This document shows positions 38,427 to 52,039 of a stretch of DNA of 64,000 bases, one piece after another (the first letter of the stretch is position 1; every line of letters begins with the position of its first letter). Location of the stretch: NCBI RefSeq assembly GCF_963921235.1, contig NC_086097.1, positions 220,412,001-220,476,000 of the forward strand, given 5' to 3'. This stretch comes from Mobula hypostoma. Lineage: Eukaryota. A program made the translations under genes and the position numbers. The notes below the pieces were generated by a model, which was given only the letters and a program-made list of their open reading frames with translations, was not told the origin of the DNA and did not search any database.

Positions 38427-38637
38427 CATTTTGTAACATCCCCGATAACGGACTCGGTGTTCCAAGTGGCGACGCGGAGACATTCCCATTGCCAATTTGG
38501 AGGAGGTCCTGGAAGATGGTCTGCTTGTCAACTGGTCCACTGGCAGAAACCGCTTTCATGTCTGGGAAAATCTGCTGTAGCTGACTGTTCTGCAGGTCAT
38601 CAAGAATTTCTTCTAAGTTATCCAAGTCACTGCTGAT
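38427..38637 (-). CDS. NCOA2: NCOA2 exon w3 (211 nt): ISSDLDNLEEILDDLQNSQLQQIFPD...GMLQN
   Basis: ORF 38347..38625. Tandem acceptor gacag/cag|ATC (alternative start 38640), donor G|gtaaga, phase 0 to 1. Confidence 0.93.
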
Positions 38638-39210
38638 CTGCTGTCAACAACAAAGCCAATTACCACCCATCAATTTTGTGTTCAAGCCCAATTGGTGGAT
38701 ACTAATTAAGCACCAAGGCCTATTTAATCATTTTAAAATGATCATGTACCACCCAGCCCCCAAATTCCTTTTTTTCCCCTCAGGGAGGAATGATTCTTTT
38801 TTTTGTTCGGGTAGGACATCATGGCCACAGAACCTCATTCCGTCTCTCAGTCTCCCACCATTAAATGTGAAGAATTAGTGACCAGAAGGAGGCACTACAG
38901 AGAAGCTTGATGCCCACCAGCAGTCAATGTTCATGCACTTTACTCTGACAGGGCAGGAAATAAAAACCCCTTTTAATTGCTTCCCCCCTTCATGCCCCAC
39001 TGAAAGCTCAAGTGCAATGCTGAGGCCCTGTTTGGGCTAACAGGGAAAGGGAATGAAATCCATTGAAGGTGGTGCAGTTACCCACAAAATCACCAGAGAA
39101 GTTATAAAATCTTGAACACACATCCAGCCAAGATAGAACATAGACCACAGTATAGGCACTTCGGCCTACCATATTGTGCCAGCCTTTTAATCCTCTCGAA
39201 CGTCAGTCTC

Positions 39211-39448
39211 CAACACTGTGCAAGTCCTAGGCACATATATATATCTAGGGTGCCTAAGACTTCTGCATAATTTCATATATTATGTCTTTTCAGTTGACTT
39301 TTATCTCTTGAGCTAATATAAAGCTAAGTACTCGAATTTCAGCTTCCAAATCCCCTTCCTATTTTAACCAATATTCACTACTATCCAAAATTTTTAGGCA
39401 CCCTAACTCTATACATATATGTGACTAAGACTTTTACACAGCACTGTA
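39211..39448. mobile_element. Two short palindromic Tc1/mariner-like MITE units inside a CR1 tail (39130-39600)
   Basis: ctgtgcaagtcctaggcac-(TA)n-tagggtgcctaagacttctgca, and an inverted related unit ending ctaagacttttacacagcactgta. Confidence 0.5.
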
Positions 39449-40769
39449 ACTCTTCCCTCCCACATTGCCCTCCATTTTTCAATCATCCATTTAAGAATTT
39501 CTTAAATGTCCCTAACGTATTTGCCTTTACCACTATCCACGAACCTAACACTTACCTCTGACACTTCACCCACCCCCCCCTCAGCCCGTACCATCCTAAA
39601 ACAAGGGTGTAAAGCTCTTGCATTTGTACCCTGAAATGGGATAATTCCTTGAAATGGGAACTTTCCTAGGAAAATACTTCATTAGGCCTTGAGGTATATT
39701 GGCAATGTAAAGTATACTTTGCCATGTACCATTAAAATTTTACTCATTTCAGGACCATCCACTTAACATTAATGTGAATTCAAATTTAGGAAATCAATTA
39801 AAAAGATATCCCTTAAGTGAATTACTTAGCAGTAATCCTCTGAAAGTTCAGCCATCATAAATGGTTTAAATACAATGTTTATCTAGATGGGATTAGTTCC
39901 ATTCAATTCATTCGATTGAGATTATACAAACTAGGAGCAGGAACAGACGGAAACAGGAGAAAAACTGCAGACGCTGGACACAGGTTTCTTTTCGACTCAG
40001 GAGAAGGCTGCTTGCCACTTTGAGTCTGTCTGGCATTTAAGAGATCTTGGCTGATCTTCTTGTAACTTTAACTCTGCACTCCTCATTACTTAGGGTAACA
40101 TTTCACCCAAACCCTTATCAGGAATTTAACTGCCTCTGCCTGAGACATCTAAAAATTCTACTTCTACCACTCTTTGAGAAAGACCCTCAGAGAGAAAAAA
40201 AAAAGCCTCATCTGTCACAACAGCTTTAAAAAAAAAATTGGTCCTTGGTTCAAGATTCCACCTCTGGAGTGATGAGAATCTTTCTAATTCCACCCTGAAG
40301 ATCTGATACAAGGTCCTGAAGATCTTGTATCAGAATATTGTAGGATTTAATTACAATTATACTTCAGGCTTGTGATACTGGTTTCCTGTTTTAAACTGCT
40401 TAGGATCTAATGAGATATTGCACATTGAATTCGAAAACTGGATTTTAGATGTGCTAATGTTTAACTTTTTATTATTTGTACGATTTGTCCTCCTTTGTAC
40501 ATTGGTTGTCAGTTTTTGCTTATGTAACTGGAGAATGCACCCTAACAGGTGTACGTAACAAGTTTAATAAATTTGATTGTATTTCTTTATTTTCCTGTAA
40601 ATGCCTGCAAGAAAATGAATCCAAAGGTAGTCCAATATGGTGACATAACTGTAGGTTGATAATAAATTTACTTTGAACTTTGAATCTTTACGTGGAGATC
40701 ACATTACCAACAGGTCTAGGAAACTGCAGGAACATCTGGAAACATTGATTTAAGTTTAGGGAAGGAAAT

Positions 40770-41660
40770 AAACAAGTCAACATTTCAGACTGAGAACTGG
40801 ACAGGAAGGGGGCAGAGACCAGAATAAGGTGGGGAGAGAGGGATGAGTATAAGGTGGCAGGTTATAGGTGAGAAAGGTAAGGGGAAAGGTGGGTGGGCCA
40901 GTGAGGGATGGATGATATTAGAATCTGGGAGGTGGTAGATGGAAGAGGGTACAGGGCGAAGGAAGAAGGAATCGGATAGGAGAGAACAGTAGTAAAGGGA
41001 AGGTGGGAGTTGGAGAACCAGAGGGAAGCGATGGCCATCCAATGAGGGTGGGGAGGGAGAACAGCATGGGTGAGAGGGCCAGCAGAAAGGGGGAAAACAA
41101 AATGGAGGGTGAGAGAAAAATAGGAGTGGTTACCACAAGTTACAGAAATCGATGTTCATACCATCAGGTTGGAGAAGGAATCGGAGGTCTCCTCCAATTT
41201 GCATTTGGTATCATCAGCAGGGGCCATGGACAGGAAGGTCCGAATGAGAATGTGAAGTCGAATTGAAACGGATGGCCACCAGAACATCTCGCCTTTTGTG
41301 GTGCAGGGAGTGAAGGTGCTTGACGATGCGTTGTCTTTCACTGATGCAGGAGGCGGCCCCAGATACGAAGAACGTTTGAGGCCTTGAATGGTGGTGAGGG
41401 AGGAGTTCTAAGGGCAGGTGTAACACTTGTCATTGCAGGATGTGCCAGAAGGGATATCAATGAGGAGGACGAATGGTCAAGGCAGTCACGTAGAGAAAAA
41501 TCCCTGTTAAAAGTGAGGGGGAGGGAGAGACCGGGAAAGATGTGTCTGGTGGTTGGATGCCGTCGGAGACAGTGGAAGTTATGGAGGATGATCAGCTGGG
41601 TACAGAGGCTCATGGGATGGTAGATGAATTTTGTGTCTCCAGAATTTTGTGTGTGTTGCT
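40770..41660 (-). mobile_element. Penelope-like element fragment
   Basis: ORF 41338..41613 (IILHNFHCLRRHPTTRHIFP...FNRDFSLRDCL), purine-rich UTR on the plus strand, PLE-type terminus. Confidence 0.7.
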
Positions 41661-41857
41661 TGAGATTTTTGTGTTACTGATTAATTCTGATAGTTTTCAA
41701 ACTCAGCATTTGAAGTACATTGTCACAAACACATTACAGTTTCTCAAACTGATGCTGGATTTTTCTGATTTGTATCTGAATACATGAAGAAATATTGGTT
41801 AAACGTGGATCAGCTCAAATGGTTTCATTTTTCTGTATACTACTGGTGCACTTCATA

Positions 41858-42385
41858 AGTTCAAAGCAAATTTATTATCAAAGTAGATACATGTCACCAT
41901 ATACAACCCTGAGATTCATATACTTGCAGGCATTCACAGTAAATTCAAAGAAAAACCATAAAATCGATGTAAAACCGCACACAAACTGGACAAACAACCA
42001 ATCCGAAACAGACACACTGTGCACATACAGAATAAAAAACCTCAAAATGATCATAATAAATATCGAGAACATGAGATAAAGAGTCCTTGAAAGTGAGTCC
42101 ATAGGTTGTGGGAAGAGTTCAGTGATAGGGCAAGTGAAGTTGTCCCCACTGACTCAAGAGGCTTACGGTTGAGGAATAATAACTGTTCCTGAAACTGGTG
42201 GTGTGCTTCCTGAGGTTTCTCTACCTCCTTCGTGATGGCAGCAGTGAGAAAAGAGCACGGCCTGGGTAGTGGGGGTCCTTGACGCTGCATGCAGTTTTCC
42301 TGCGACACTGATCCTTGTGGATGTGCCCAATGGTGAGGAGGGCTTTACCTGTAATTCACTGGGCCGTATCCATTACTAGTTGTCA
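41858..42385 (-). mobile_element. Rex/Babar 3' fragment
   Basis: Reverse complement of the family at 18950-19550. Confidence 0.75.
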
Positions 42386-42595
42386 GCTTCCTGATTCCTG
42401 AATACTCCCATATGCTTTAAAAATGTGAAAAACTTTAAGGACTAAACGATAATAAGAGCAAAGACCCTAAAGCATCACTAAATTTTAATGATTATGAACT
42501 GTAATTAGTCTTCCATCAAATATAGTTCAGAAGCTTCAAACAAAAAGGGGGAAATTCAGTAGTATTTATATATTACTTACATCTTCTCTTGTCCG

Positions 42596-45205
42596 TAAGA
42601 CACAAGAGCAGAATTAGGACACCTTGCCCATCAAGTCTGCTCTGCCATTCCATCATGGTTGATTTATTACCCCTCTCAATCCCATTTTCTTGCCTTTCCC
42701 CTGTAACCTTTGATGCACTGATTAACCAAGAACCTATCAACCACTGCTTTAAATATACCCAGTGACTTGGCCTCCACAGCCATCAGTGGCAATGAATTCC
42801 ACAGATTCACCACCCTCTGGTTAAAGAAATTTCTTTTTATCTCTGTCTTAAATAGACGTCCCTCTATTCTGAAGCTGTGCCAGCAGGTCCTAGACTCACC
42901 AACTATAGGAAACATAAAAATCCAAATTCACTATCTAGGCCTTTCAATATCTGATAGGTTTCAATGAGAGCCCCTCATTGCAGACCCACAGTCATCAATC
43001 GCTCCTGACACACGAACCCTTTCTTTCCTAGAATCGTTCCCGTGAACCTCCTTTGGACCCTTTCCAATGCCAGCACATGTTTTCTCAGATAAGTGGCCCA
43101 AAACTGCTCACAATACTCCAAGAGCGGTCTGAACAATGCCCATAAAACCTCACCATTACATCATGAGGACATATTTAAGTCCCTTAAAATGAATGTTAAC
43201 GTTCCATTTGCCTCCTTACCACTAACATGACCCGCAAGTCAACCTTTAGGGAATCCTGCCCAAGGGCTTTCCAAGTCCCTCTGCACCTCTGATTCTTAAA
43301 ATGTTCTCCCCATTTAGAAAATATTCTATGCCTTTACTCCTTCTACTGAAGTACATCACCATTAACTTCTCCACACTATATTCCTTATGCCACTTCTTTG
43401 CCCATTCTCCCATCTGTCCAAGTCCTTCTGCCGACGCCCTGCTTCCTCCTGCCTCTCCACCTATCTTTGTATCGTCCGAAAACTTGGCCACAAAGCCATC
43501 AATTCCATCATCCAAATCACTGACATATAATGTGAAAGGAAGAGGTCCTAATACCAACTTCTGTGGAACACCACTAGTTACCAGGAGTCAATCAGATTAA
43601 GACCATAAGACAAAGGAGCAGACGTCGGCTGTTCGGCCCATCGAGTCTGCTCCACCATTTTATCATGAGCTGATCCATTCTCCCATTTAGTCCCACTCCC
43701 CTGCCTTCTCACCATAACCTCTGATGCCCTGGCTACTCAGATTCCTATCAATCTCTGCCTTAAATACACCCAATGACTTGGCCTCCACTGCTGCCCGTGG
43801 CAACAAATTCCATAGATTCACCACCCTCTGACGAAAAAAATTTCTTCGCATTTCTGTTCTGAATGGGCGCCCTTCAATCCTTAAGTCATGCCCTCTCGTA
43901 CTAGACTCCCCCATCATGGGAAATAACTTTGCCACATCCACTCTGTCCATGCCTTTCAACATTCAAAATGTTTCTATGAGGTCTCCCCTCATTCTTCTAA
44001 ACTCCAAGGAATACAGTCCAAGAGCGGACAAACGTTCCTCATATGTTAACCCTCTCATTCCCGGAATCATTCTAGTGAATCCTCTCTGTACCCTCTCCAA
44101 CGTCAGCACATCCTTTCTTAAATAAGGAGACCAAAACTGCCCACAGTACTCCAAGTGAGGTCTCACCAGCGCCTTATAGAGCCTCAACATCATATCCCTG
44201 CTCCTAAACTCTATTCCTCTGGAAATGAATGCCAACATTGCATTCGCCTTCTTCACTACTGACTCAACCTGGAGGTTAACTTTAAGGATATCCTGTACGA
44301 GGACTCCCAAGTCCCGTTGCATCTCTGAACTTTGAATTCTTTCCCCATTTAAATAATAGTCTGCCCATTTATTTTTTCAGCCAAAGTGCATAACCATACA
44401 CTTTCCAACATTGTACTTCATTTGCCACTTCTCTGCCCATTCTTCCAATCTATCCAAGTCTCTCTGCAGACTTTCCGTTTCCTCAGCACTACCGGTCCCT
44501 CCACCTATCTTCATATCGTCAGCAAACTTAGCCACACACTAACAAATTAAGGCCCTTTATTCCAACTCTTTGCCTCCTGCCAGTCAACTAATCTTCTGTA
44601 AATGCTACTATCTTTCCTAGAATACCATGGGTGCCCATCTTGTTAAGCAGTCTCATGTATGGCACCTTGGCAAAGGCCTTAAAATTCCAGTAAACAACAT
44701 CCACTGAGGAAATAACACGCAGGACAGATTAAGGAAACCATTTAGGCCTATTTTGTCATGTGCCCCCGAAACTTCATCCTTAATAATGGACTCCAACATC
44801 TTCCCAACCACTGAAGTCAGGCCAAGTGGCCTATAATTCCCTTTGTTCTGCCTCCCTGTCTCCTTAAGGAGTGGAGCACCATTGCAATTTTCCAGTCCTC
44901 CAGAACCTTGCCAGAATCTAGTGATTCTTGAAAGATCATTACGAACGTCTCCACAATCTCTGGCTACCTCTTTCAGAGTCCTGGGGTGCAGTCTATCTGG
45001 TGCAGGTGACTGGTCTACCTTCAGTCCTTTCAGCTTCCCAAGCACTTTTCCTTATTGGTATCATCTACACCCACATCTGCCCCTTGACACCCTCAAATTT
45101 CTGACATACTGCTAGTATCTTCCACAGCGAACACTGACACAAAATACTTATTAAGTTCATCTGTCATTTCATTGTCCCCATTACTACCTCTCCACCATCA
45201 TTTCA
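42596..45205 (-). mobile_element. Older CR1 LINE interrupted by a younger CR1
   Basis: ORFs 42676..42915, 43246..43557 (KFSDDTKIGG) and 44653..45045 (KGNYRPLGLTSVVGK). Confidence 0.85.
43602..44545 (-). mobile_element. Younger CR1 3' fragment nested in the CR1 above
   Basis: ORFs 43687..43962 and 43963..44322; own tail accataagac; candidate 6-bp TSD attaag at 43596-43601 and 44546-44551. Confidence 0.85.
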
Positions 45206-46777
45206 AGGTCCAATTCAAGGCATATTTAACTACAAAAATATTGTTTTGTAATCATTTAAGGCATTAATCAAGGTTCCCATTTTTGGAGGTCCTTAGTATT
45301 TTGTTCAATGTGTGGTGTTTGCATGTTGGGGAGAGACCTTCTGAGAAATGACGAACTAAGAAAAGTGTAGGCGTCAGTCCCAAGAGTGCAGTGGAGTAAA
45401 GGTGACAATAAGGCATCTGCTTCCAGAGATAATGAGTTAACCTATTTTTACATTATTAATTATTCCCAAGTTGGCCATTTCTGCCATAAACATCAATACA
45501 ATTCACATAATGGTGAAGAATAGATGTATTGGTGCAGGTGATTGAGAAAGAGCATGAGAAAAACCTTCCGATGACAGAACTAAATTGAATCATTCTCTCT
45601 TGCAAAATAACCACTTTTAATGAAGCATTTAGTAACCGCATTATACTGCTTATTAGATACAAATCTCACAGCAAATTGCAGTGTTGCATCTTACTCAAAT
45701 CAAAATGATCTACAAGACCCTTAGATTTACTTCATCACAGCAAAGACCAGATCATATATATGAACTTTGTTGATAACGCCTTCACATAAAAGAAGCCACA
45801 CAGATCAGATTTGCCATGATTATGTCAATAGCTGATCTCAGGCACTGTGAGATAGAATTTCTGTGACTTGTAATTTGCACGTTGCCAGGGTAGAGCTGGA
45901 AGACCCACTCGAGGAAAAGGAACTCTATTACCTAGAAACATTTGAGTGGGTAAAAGCTAGCAGTTACAGAAAAATAACTGACAAGTCATCAGTGTTCAGT
46001 TGCAAATACTATAAAAACTAAGGTGTATTTTGTAAAAAAAATGTTGTAGGACAACTCCTGTGCAAAAGTGGCAAGGAATATGATGAAATAACAGAACGGC
46101 GTTGTTGGCTTGTATGCTGCTTCCTTTGCAGAATTTGACACAATATCTGAGACGTTAAGTAGTATGTGGAGTCTTGGACCCTGAAATCTTTTTCTTAAGG
46201 GTTCTGCAGCACCACTAACCTCTACACACTTGTGAACCTTAATGTGCACCGCAGTAGCTGTGTAGCACACAGCAACAAATACAACCGGGTTGAATGAGTG
46301 CCAGACAGAGCACGTGTCCTGGCATTCTTGAAATGAAATTTGAAAGCATATCATGAAACTAATAATTGCTTTCACCCTCCTGTAAGTAGGCCATCATCAC
46401 CGTCAGTAACAGAGACTGCTCATTATATGGGCTGTGCTGGATCTTAGCCTTGTCATGCAGAAGTCTATTGGCACTAAGATCATGCACCAGAACAAGTGAT
46501 GGGGGAAAAAGGATGAAGCCAGATTCAAATCTGATTTTATGACCATTACTTATGTCACACTCAATGCTTCTGTAATAATTATACGATTACAAAACCACAA
46601 AATGAGAAGTGGTAATACTTGGCTTAAGAGAAATATTATGAAATCTGCTTTATTAAAAAAAAAGGACTCGGGGGAAGAAAAGCTAAACAGGTGTTTTTCA
46701 TTTCAGCTCAGCCAGAAGACTTAATACTGCAGTTTGATCATGACTTTATTACAGATTGTCGAATTATTACAGATAAA

Positions 46778-47190
46778 CACAGAGCACAGAACACAGAACA
46801 CTACAGTACCTTCGGCCCACAATGTTGTGCCAACCTTATAACCCTGCTTTAAGATCAATCTAACCCTTCCCTCCCACATAGCCCTCCATTTTTCTTTCAT
46901 CCATTCTTAATTGCCCCTAATGTATCTGCCTCTACCACCACCTCTGGCAGGGCATTCAACACAGCCACCACTCTCTGTAAAATACTTACTTCCGACGTCC
47001 CCACACACCTTAAAATTATGCCTCCTCATATTAGCCATTTCAGCCCTGGGAAAAAGTTTCTGGCTATCCACTCAATCTATGCCCTTTATCATCTTTTACA
47101 GCTCCGTCAAGTTAGCTCCCATCCTCCTTTGCTGTGGAGAGAAAAGCATTACCTCATTCAACCTACCCTCCTAAGACACGTTCTCTGAAT
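46778..47190 (-). mobile_element. CR1 3' end remnant
   Basis: Tail (acagaac)n and 3'UTR similar to 32287-32700. Confidence 0.7.
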
Positions 47191-48094
47191 GAGGCAGCCA
47201 AACAGCCAAAACAATAGATTGGAATGAGGACATAGACTCTGAAAAGGATCTGTGAGGAGTAATATGGGAAGTTAAAAAGAAGCAAATAAAGTGTTGATTT
47301 ACAGGAATAATAAAATACAATAATGGGCTTTCATTCAACGAGGGAGAACACCTCCAGGAGCTTCGGAGGTATAATCAGGCAAAGAAGGTATCAGGATATG
47401 TGACTACAAGACACGCACTTAGTACCAGTTTTTGAGAAATTGTTAAAAGAACAGTAAGAGGCGTTTAGGGAAAGAACTTCCAAATTTTCACCTATTCAAA
47501 AAGTGCAATAGCCACTAAACATATTAGGCAAAACAAAATAGCCCCTTGATAATAGGAGGTTGCAATGTGGTGAGGGAGGCTAGAAAACATTGGAATGGTA
47601 GAGGCAGCAAGAAGACAAAGCAATGGAATGAGAGTCGCAGGAAAAAAAACACAACTGGCCTGAGCTAAGATCTCCTTGGCACCCAGCTCCCATATTCTCA
47701 GTCAGAATACCAATAATTACCTTGCATGAGGGCCAGGGGGCTCTTGTGGTGTCAAATCACAACAATATTCTGACTTTATTGAATTAGTTTTGCTCTTTAC
47801 CTTCTCCATAACTAAAGAACAGTAAATATCAATGTAACAAGCTGCCACATTTGGACACATCGTTATAGAGAAGATTTTTACTAAAATACCATGCAAGCCA
47901 GAAACCGTTAGCTTATACCCAATGTCTGATCAAGGGGAACATGTTGGGCAAGATCATGCTGGCTTTCCTCCTCACTTGACCTGCTGCCTGCACTTGGTTT
48001 TTCCAAACTGAAGAACAGAACAAGCTGATTATTAGTAACCATGAATCATCCAGGCTGATGGAGAAGGGTTTCAGAAGTTGGCGGTGTTGTAGAT

Positions 48095-49310
48095 CAGCGG
48101 TCCCCAACCACCGGGCCGCAGAGCATGCGCTACCGGGCCGCGAGGAAGCGATATGATTTGGCGATATGAGTCAGCTGCACCTTTCCTCATTCCCTGTCAC
48201 GCCCACTGATCAGCCATTACGCATGCGAGGTCACGACCCCCGCGTCATCTGTGTCAGGGTGGGAAGGAGATCAACTCCTCGAGCTTGTAAATGACGACGG
48301 GCTGAAAAGTATGTTTCACATAACATCTCTGTCGGCATTTTGGATCAAAGTCAAGCCTAAATATCCTGAGACAGCTACGAAAGCACTGAAAACGTTGCTT
48401 TCATTTCCAACATCATATCGCTGCCAAGCGGAGTTTTCTGCAATGAATGTAATGAAAACTAAATTGCGGAATAGACTGGACATAAGGAACCCCCTTCGAG
48501 TATCGCTGTCTCCCATCACCCCTCGATGGGACCGTCTTGTTACTGGGAAACAAGCCCAGGGCTCCCACTGATTCAGCGATATTGGTGTGTTGCAATGATT
48601 TTATATGTTCATACGGGGAAAATATGTGCTGTGTGTTTAATATCCAAACGTTACTTAAAATGTTATGATGCTATTGACTTATAAGTGACCCTACAACAAT
48701 TACAGCAAGGAAACAGGCTATCTCGGCCCTTCTAGTCCGTGCCGAACGCTACTCTCACCTAGTCCCGCTGACCTGCACACAGCCCATAACCTTCCATTCC
48801 TTTCCTGTCCATATACCTATCCAATTTTTCTTTAAATGATAATATCGAACCTGCCTCTACCACTTCTACTGGAAGTTCGTTCAACACTTCAATCTCCTGG
48901 GTCCTCCCCTGATAATTGACTTGTCACCGTATTCGTGCGAGGAAAATATGCGCTGTGTGTTTAATATTAAATTCGTTAGATAAACCCTTTTAGAAACAAA
49001 ATTGAGTGTATTACCCACTTATCACCTATACTCCAGTAGTGATTAACCCCCACGAACAGTATCGCCAAAAAGGATTTGCTGGGGGTGGGTGGGGCAGGAC
49101 GGGAATCAGCAGGTCGCGACGCGCATGCGCACTGGTGCCCGCGCAAGGCTTCATGGCCATTGTAGTCTTTCCGCATAAACAACGCATTTGACTGCTACTC
49201 TTGTCCGTTGGCAACCCTACCCCCGCTCCCCCGGCCCCCGATCGGCCGGTCCGCAAGAATATTGTCAATATTAAACCGGTCCGCAATGCAAAAAAGGTTG
49301 GGGACCCCTG
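48095..49310 (+). mobile_element. Non-autonomous hAT (Charlie/Buster group) DNA transposon, 1216 bp
   Basis: TIRs CAGCGGTCCCCAACC / GGTTGGGGACCCCTG. Perfect 8-bp TSD ttgtagat at 48087-48094 and 49311-49318. ORF 48251..48571 encodes the hAT C-terminal dimerisation region (FWIKVKPKYPE...FPTSYRCQAEFS...KTKLRNRLD...QAQGSH). Confidence 0.93.
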
Positions 49311-49424
49311 TTGTAGATGGTGAGGAAGGTAGTCTAAGGCTATAGCAGGATATGGATGTAGATCAAATGGAAAGTTGGATGGAGCATTGGCAGAAAAAGA
49401 TAACCTCAACACAAGCTGGGTGAT

Positions 49425-51950
49425 TCATAGAGTTATACAGCATGGAAAAGAGGCCCTTCAACCCAAATCTTCTATGCTGTCCAAGAGGCCTATCTACACT
49501 AAATCCATTTGGACCAAAATTCCTCCAAATCTTTCTCATCCATTAAGCTGTCAAATATGTTTTAAATGGTACACCCACGCTTACTATCTCCTCTGACAAA
49601 TCATTCCACATACCCACCACCGTATGTGTAAAAACCTGCCTCCCAGAACCCCCTTTACATCTTTCCCTTCTCACCTTAAACGTTCGCCATTTAGTCTTGG
49701 GACTCCGTTACCCCACCTACAGCCCTCATAGTTTTATAACCTTTAAACAATTACCCCTCAGCCAACTTCTTCCCAGCCTATACAGTCACTCCTTGTTGCT
49801 CAGGCCCTCCAATTAAGGCAAGATCCCTGTAAGTCTTTTCTGCAGCCTCTGTAATTTAATCTAATCACATCCTTCCTATAGTGTGGTGACCTGAAATTCA
49901 CTTACTACTCCGACTGTGACCTAACCCACCACTTGTACAACTGTAACTTAAAGATACAAACTCCTATACTCAACGCCTTTGCCAAAGACAAGCACACCAT
50001 ATACTTTCTTCATCACCCTGTTTATCTGTGTTACTACTTTTAGCAAACTATGTACTTGCACCAGAGTCTAGTCATTCACTGTGTACGTCCTGATCTGGTT
50101 TTACTTCCCAAAAATGCTTCACTTTATACTCGTCCAGGTTAAATTCCATCAGTTAATTTATGTCACCAACTTTTTGGTATTTCAGTTGACATGTCACCAA
50201 AGACACATCCAAATTTCCATGGATGTACGTGGAGAGCATTCTGACTGGTTGTATCACAGCCTTCATTAGAGGCTCCAAAGCCCAGAACTGCAAGAGACTG
50301 CAGAGGGTTGTAGGTGCTCCATCATGGGCACAAATCTCCGCACCGTCTTCAAGGGGCAGTGCCACAAGAAGGCAGCATCCATCATTCAGTACCCTTCATC
50401 CTCTTCTTGTTACAGAGGTGGCACAGGAGCCTGAAGACCCATACTCAATGATTCAGTGACAGCTTTGTCCCTTCTTATTTCAGATTTCTGAACAGCCCAT
50501 GATCACTACCTCATTATTTTTTTTCTTGCACTATTTATTTTGTAGGTTATACTAATGTTACATCTTTGCATTGTACTACTGTCACAGAGCAATGAATTTT
50601 CACATCATATAGACGGTGATATTAAACCAGATTCTGATTTGGATACTGATCATGCCACCAATATTCTCTTCCATACCATTAGTATACAAGGTGAAGAGTA
50701 AAAGTCACAGAACCAATCCCTGCAGCACATCTCTGGTCACAGGTCTCCAATCTCCAACCCTCCCCTTCCACCCTCTTCCTATTATTACCAAACCATTTGG
50801 CAATAACTTTCTAAAAAACTCAACCAAATTTGTGAACGATGATCTCCCACAAACAAAGCCATGTGACTATTCTTAATCAGTGCTTTCTTTTCTAAATGTT
50901 CTTGTGAACTGCTTCTAGCAACATTCCCACTATTGACGCTAGGCTCATCAGGTTGTAGTTTCTTGGCTTGTCCTTGTAGTCCTTCCTAAATATAGGCACA
51001 ACCATAGCTTTTTGCCAGTCCTCCTGTACCACAACCACGGCTAACAAAGAAATAAAAATTCCTTCCTGCTTTCCAGTATTTACTAAGATATACCTGGCCA
51101 GGTCCCAGTGAATTGCCCACCTTTATGTATCTCAAGACTACCGATGCCTCCCTCTCCATAATGTTGATCTGTTTAAGGATATCACCTTTCTCTTCCCTGA
51201 ACTTACTAGCATTCATGTCTTTCAGCTCAGTAAATACAAATGAGAAGCATTTGTTTAAACTCTCGGCCGTCTCCTGTGGCCCTGCACATAGATTATCATA
51301 TTGATCCTTAAGGGGACCTACTTTTGCCCTGATTACTGCTTTATTTGAACATTTTAGGATTCTTCTTTACCTTATCTTCTGGTATCTGACTCATGACTGA
51401 CGAAGATACAAAAAAAACTCCCCTTCTCATTTCCTTAAGCATACTCCTGTATTCCTTATAATCCTCAAGTGAACTGTTTGATCCCTGCTGCCTATACCAT
51501 TCTGCTGACCAGATCCTTAATATCCCTCACCAACCAAAGTTCCCTAATTCTGCCATCCTTGGCCTTCACTCCAACAGGAATAATCTCATCCTGAACTCTG
51601 CCCGTCTTACTTTGACACTTGCCAGATGTCCCTTTAGCCATGAACAGCCTCTCCCAGTCAACTTTCACAAGTTTCTAACGCCATCAAAATTAGCCTTGCT
51701 CCAATTTAGGACTAACTTGTGGTGGATGAACCCTTTTTTCTATTCTTTATCAGTCATTTTTCCATAACAATCATGAAACTAACAGAATTATGGTCAGTAT
51801 TGCCAAAGTGCTCCCCCAATGACACATCAGCTACTTGCCCAGCCTCATTTCCTAAAATCAAGTTGAGTGCAGCCTCCTCTTGGACAGGGCCATCTATATA
51901 CTGCTTCAGGAAGCCTTACTAGTTAAAGTTAACAAATTCTACTCCCCCCC
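49425..51950 (-). mobile_element. Degraded CR1 interrupted by a Rex/Babar fragment (50205-50640, +)
   Basis: CR1 tail and ORF2 remnants (ORF 50986..51216). ORF 50223..50459 (ESILTGCITA..CKRLQRVV) is Rex-type. Confidence 0.7.
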
Positions 51951-52039
51951 CGCCACCCCGAATCCCTTAATGCTAGTGCATTTTGGGAAGTTCATCGTCT
52001 GCAGTTCTATACAAGGATGTGATTGCTCTGGGAAGAGTG

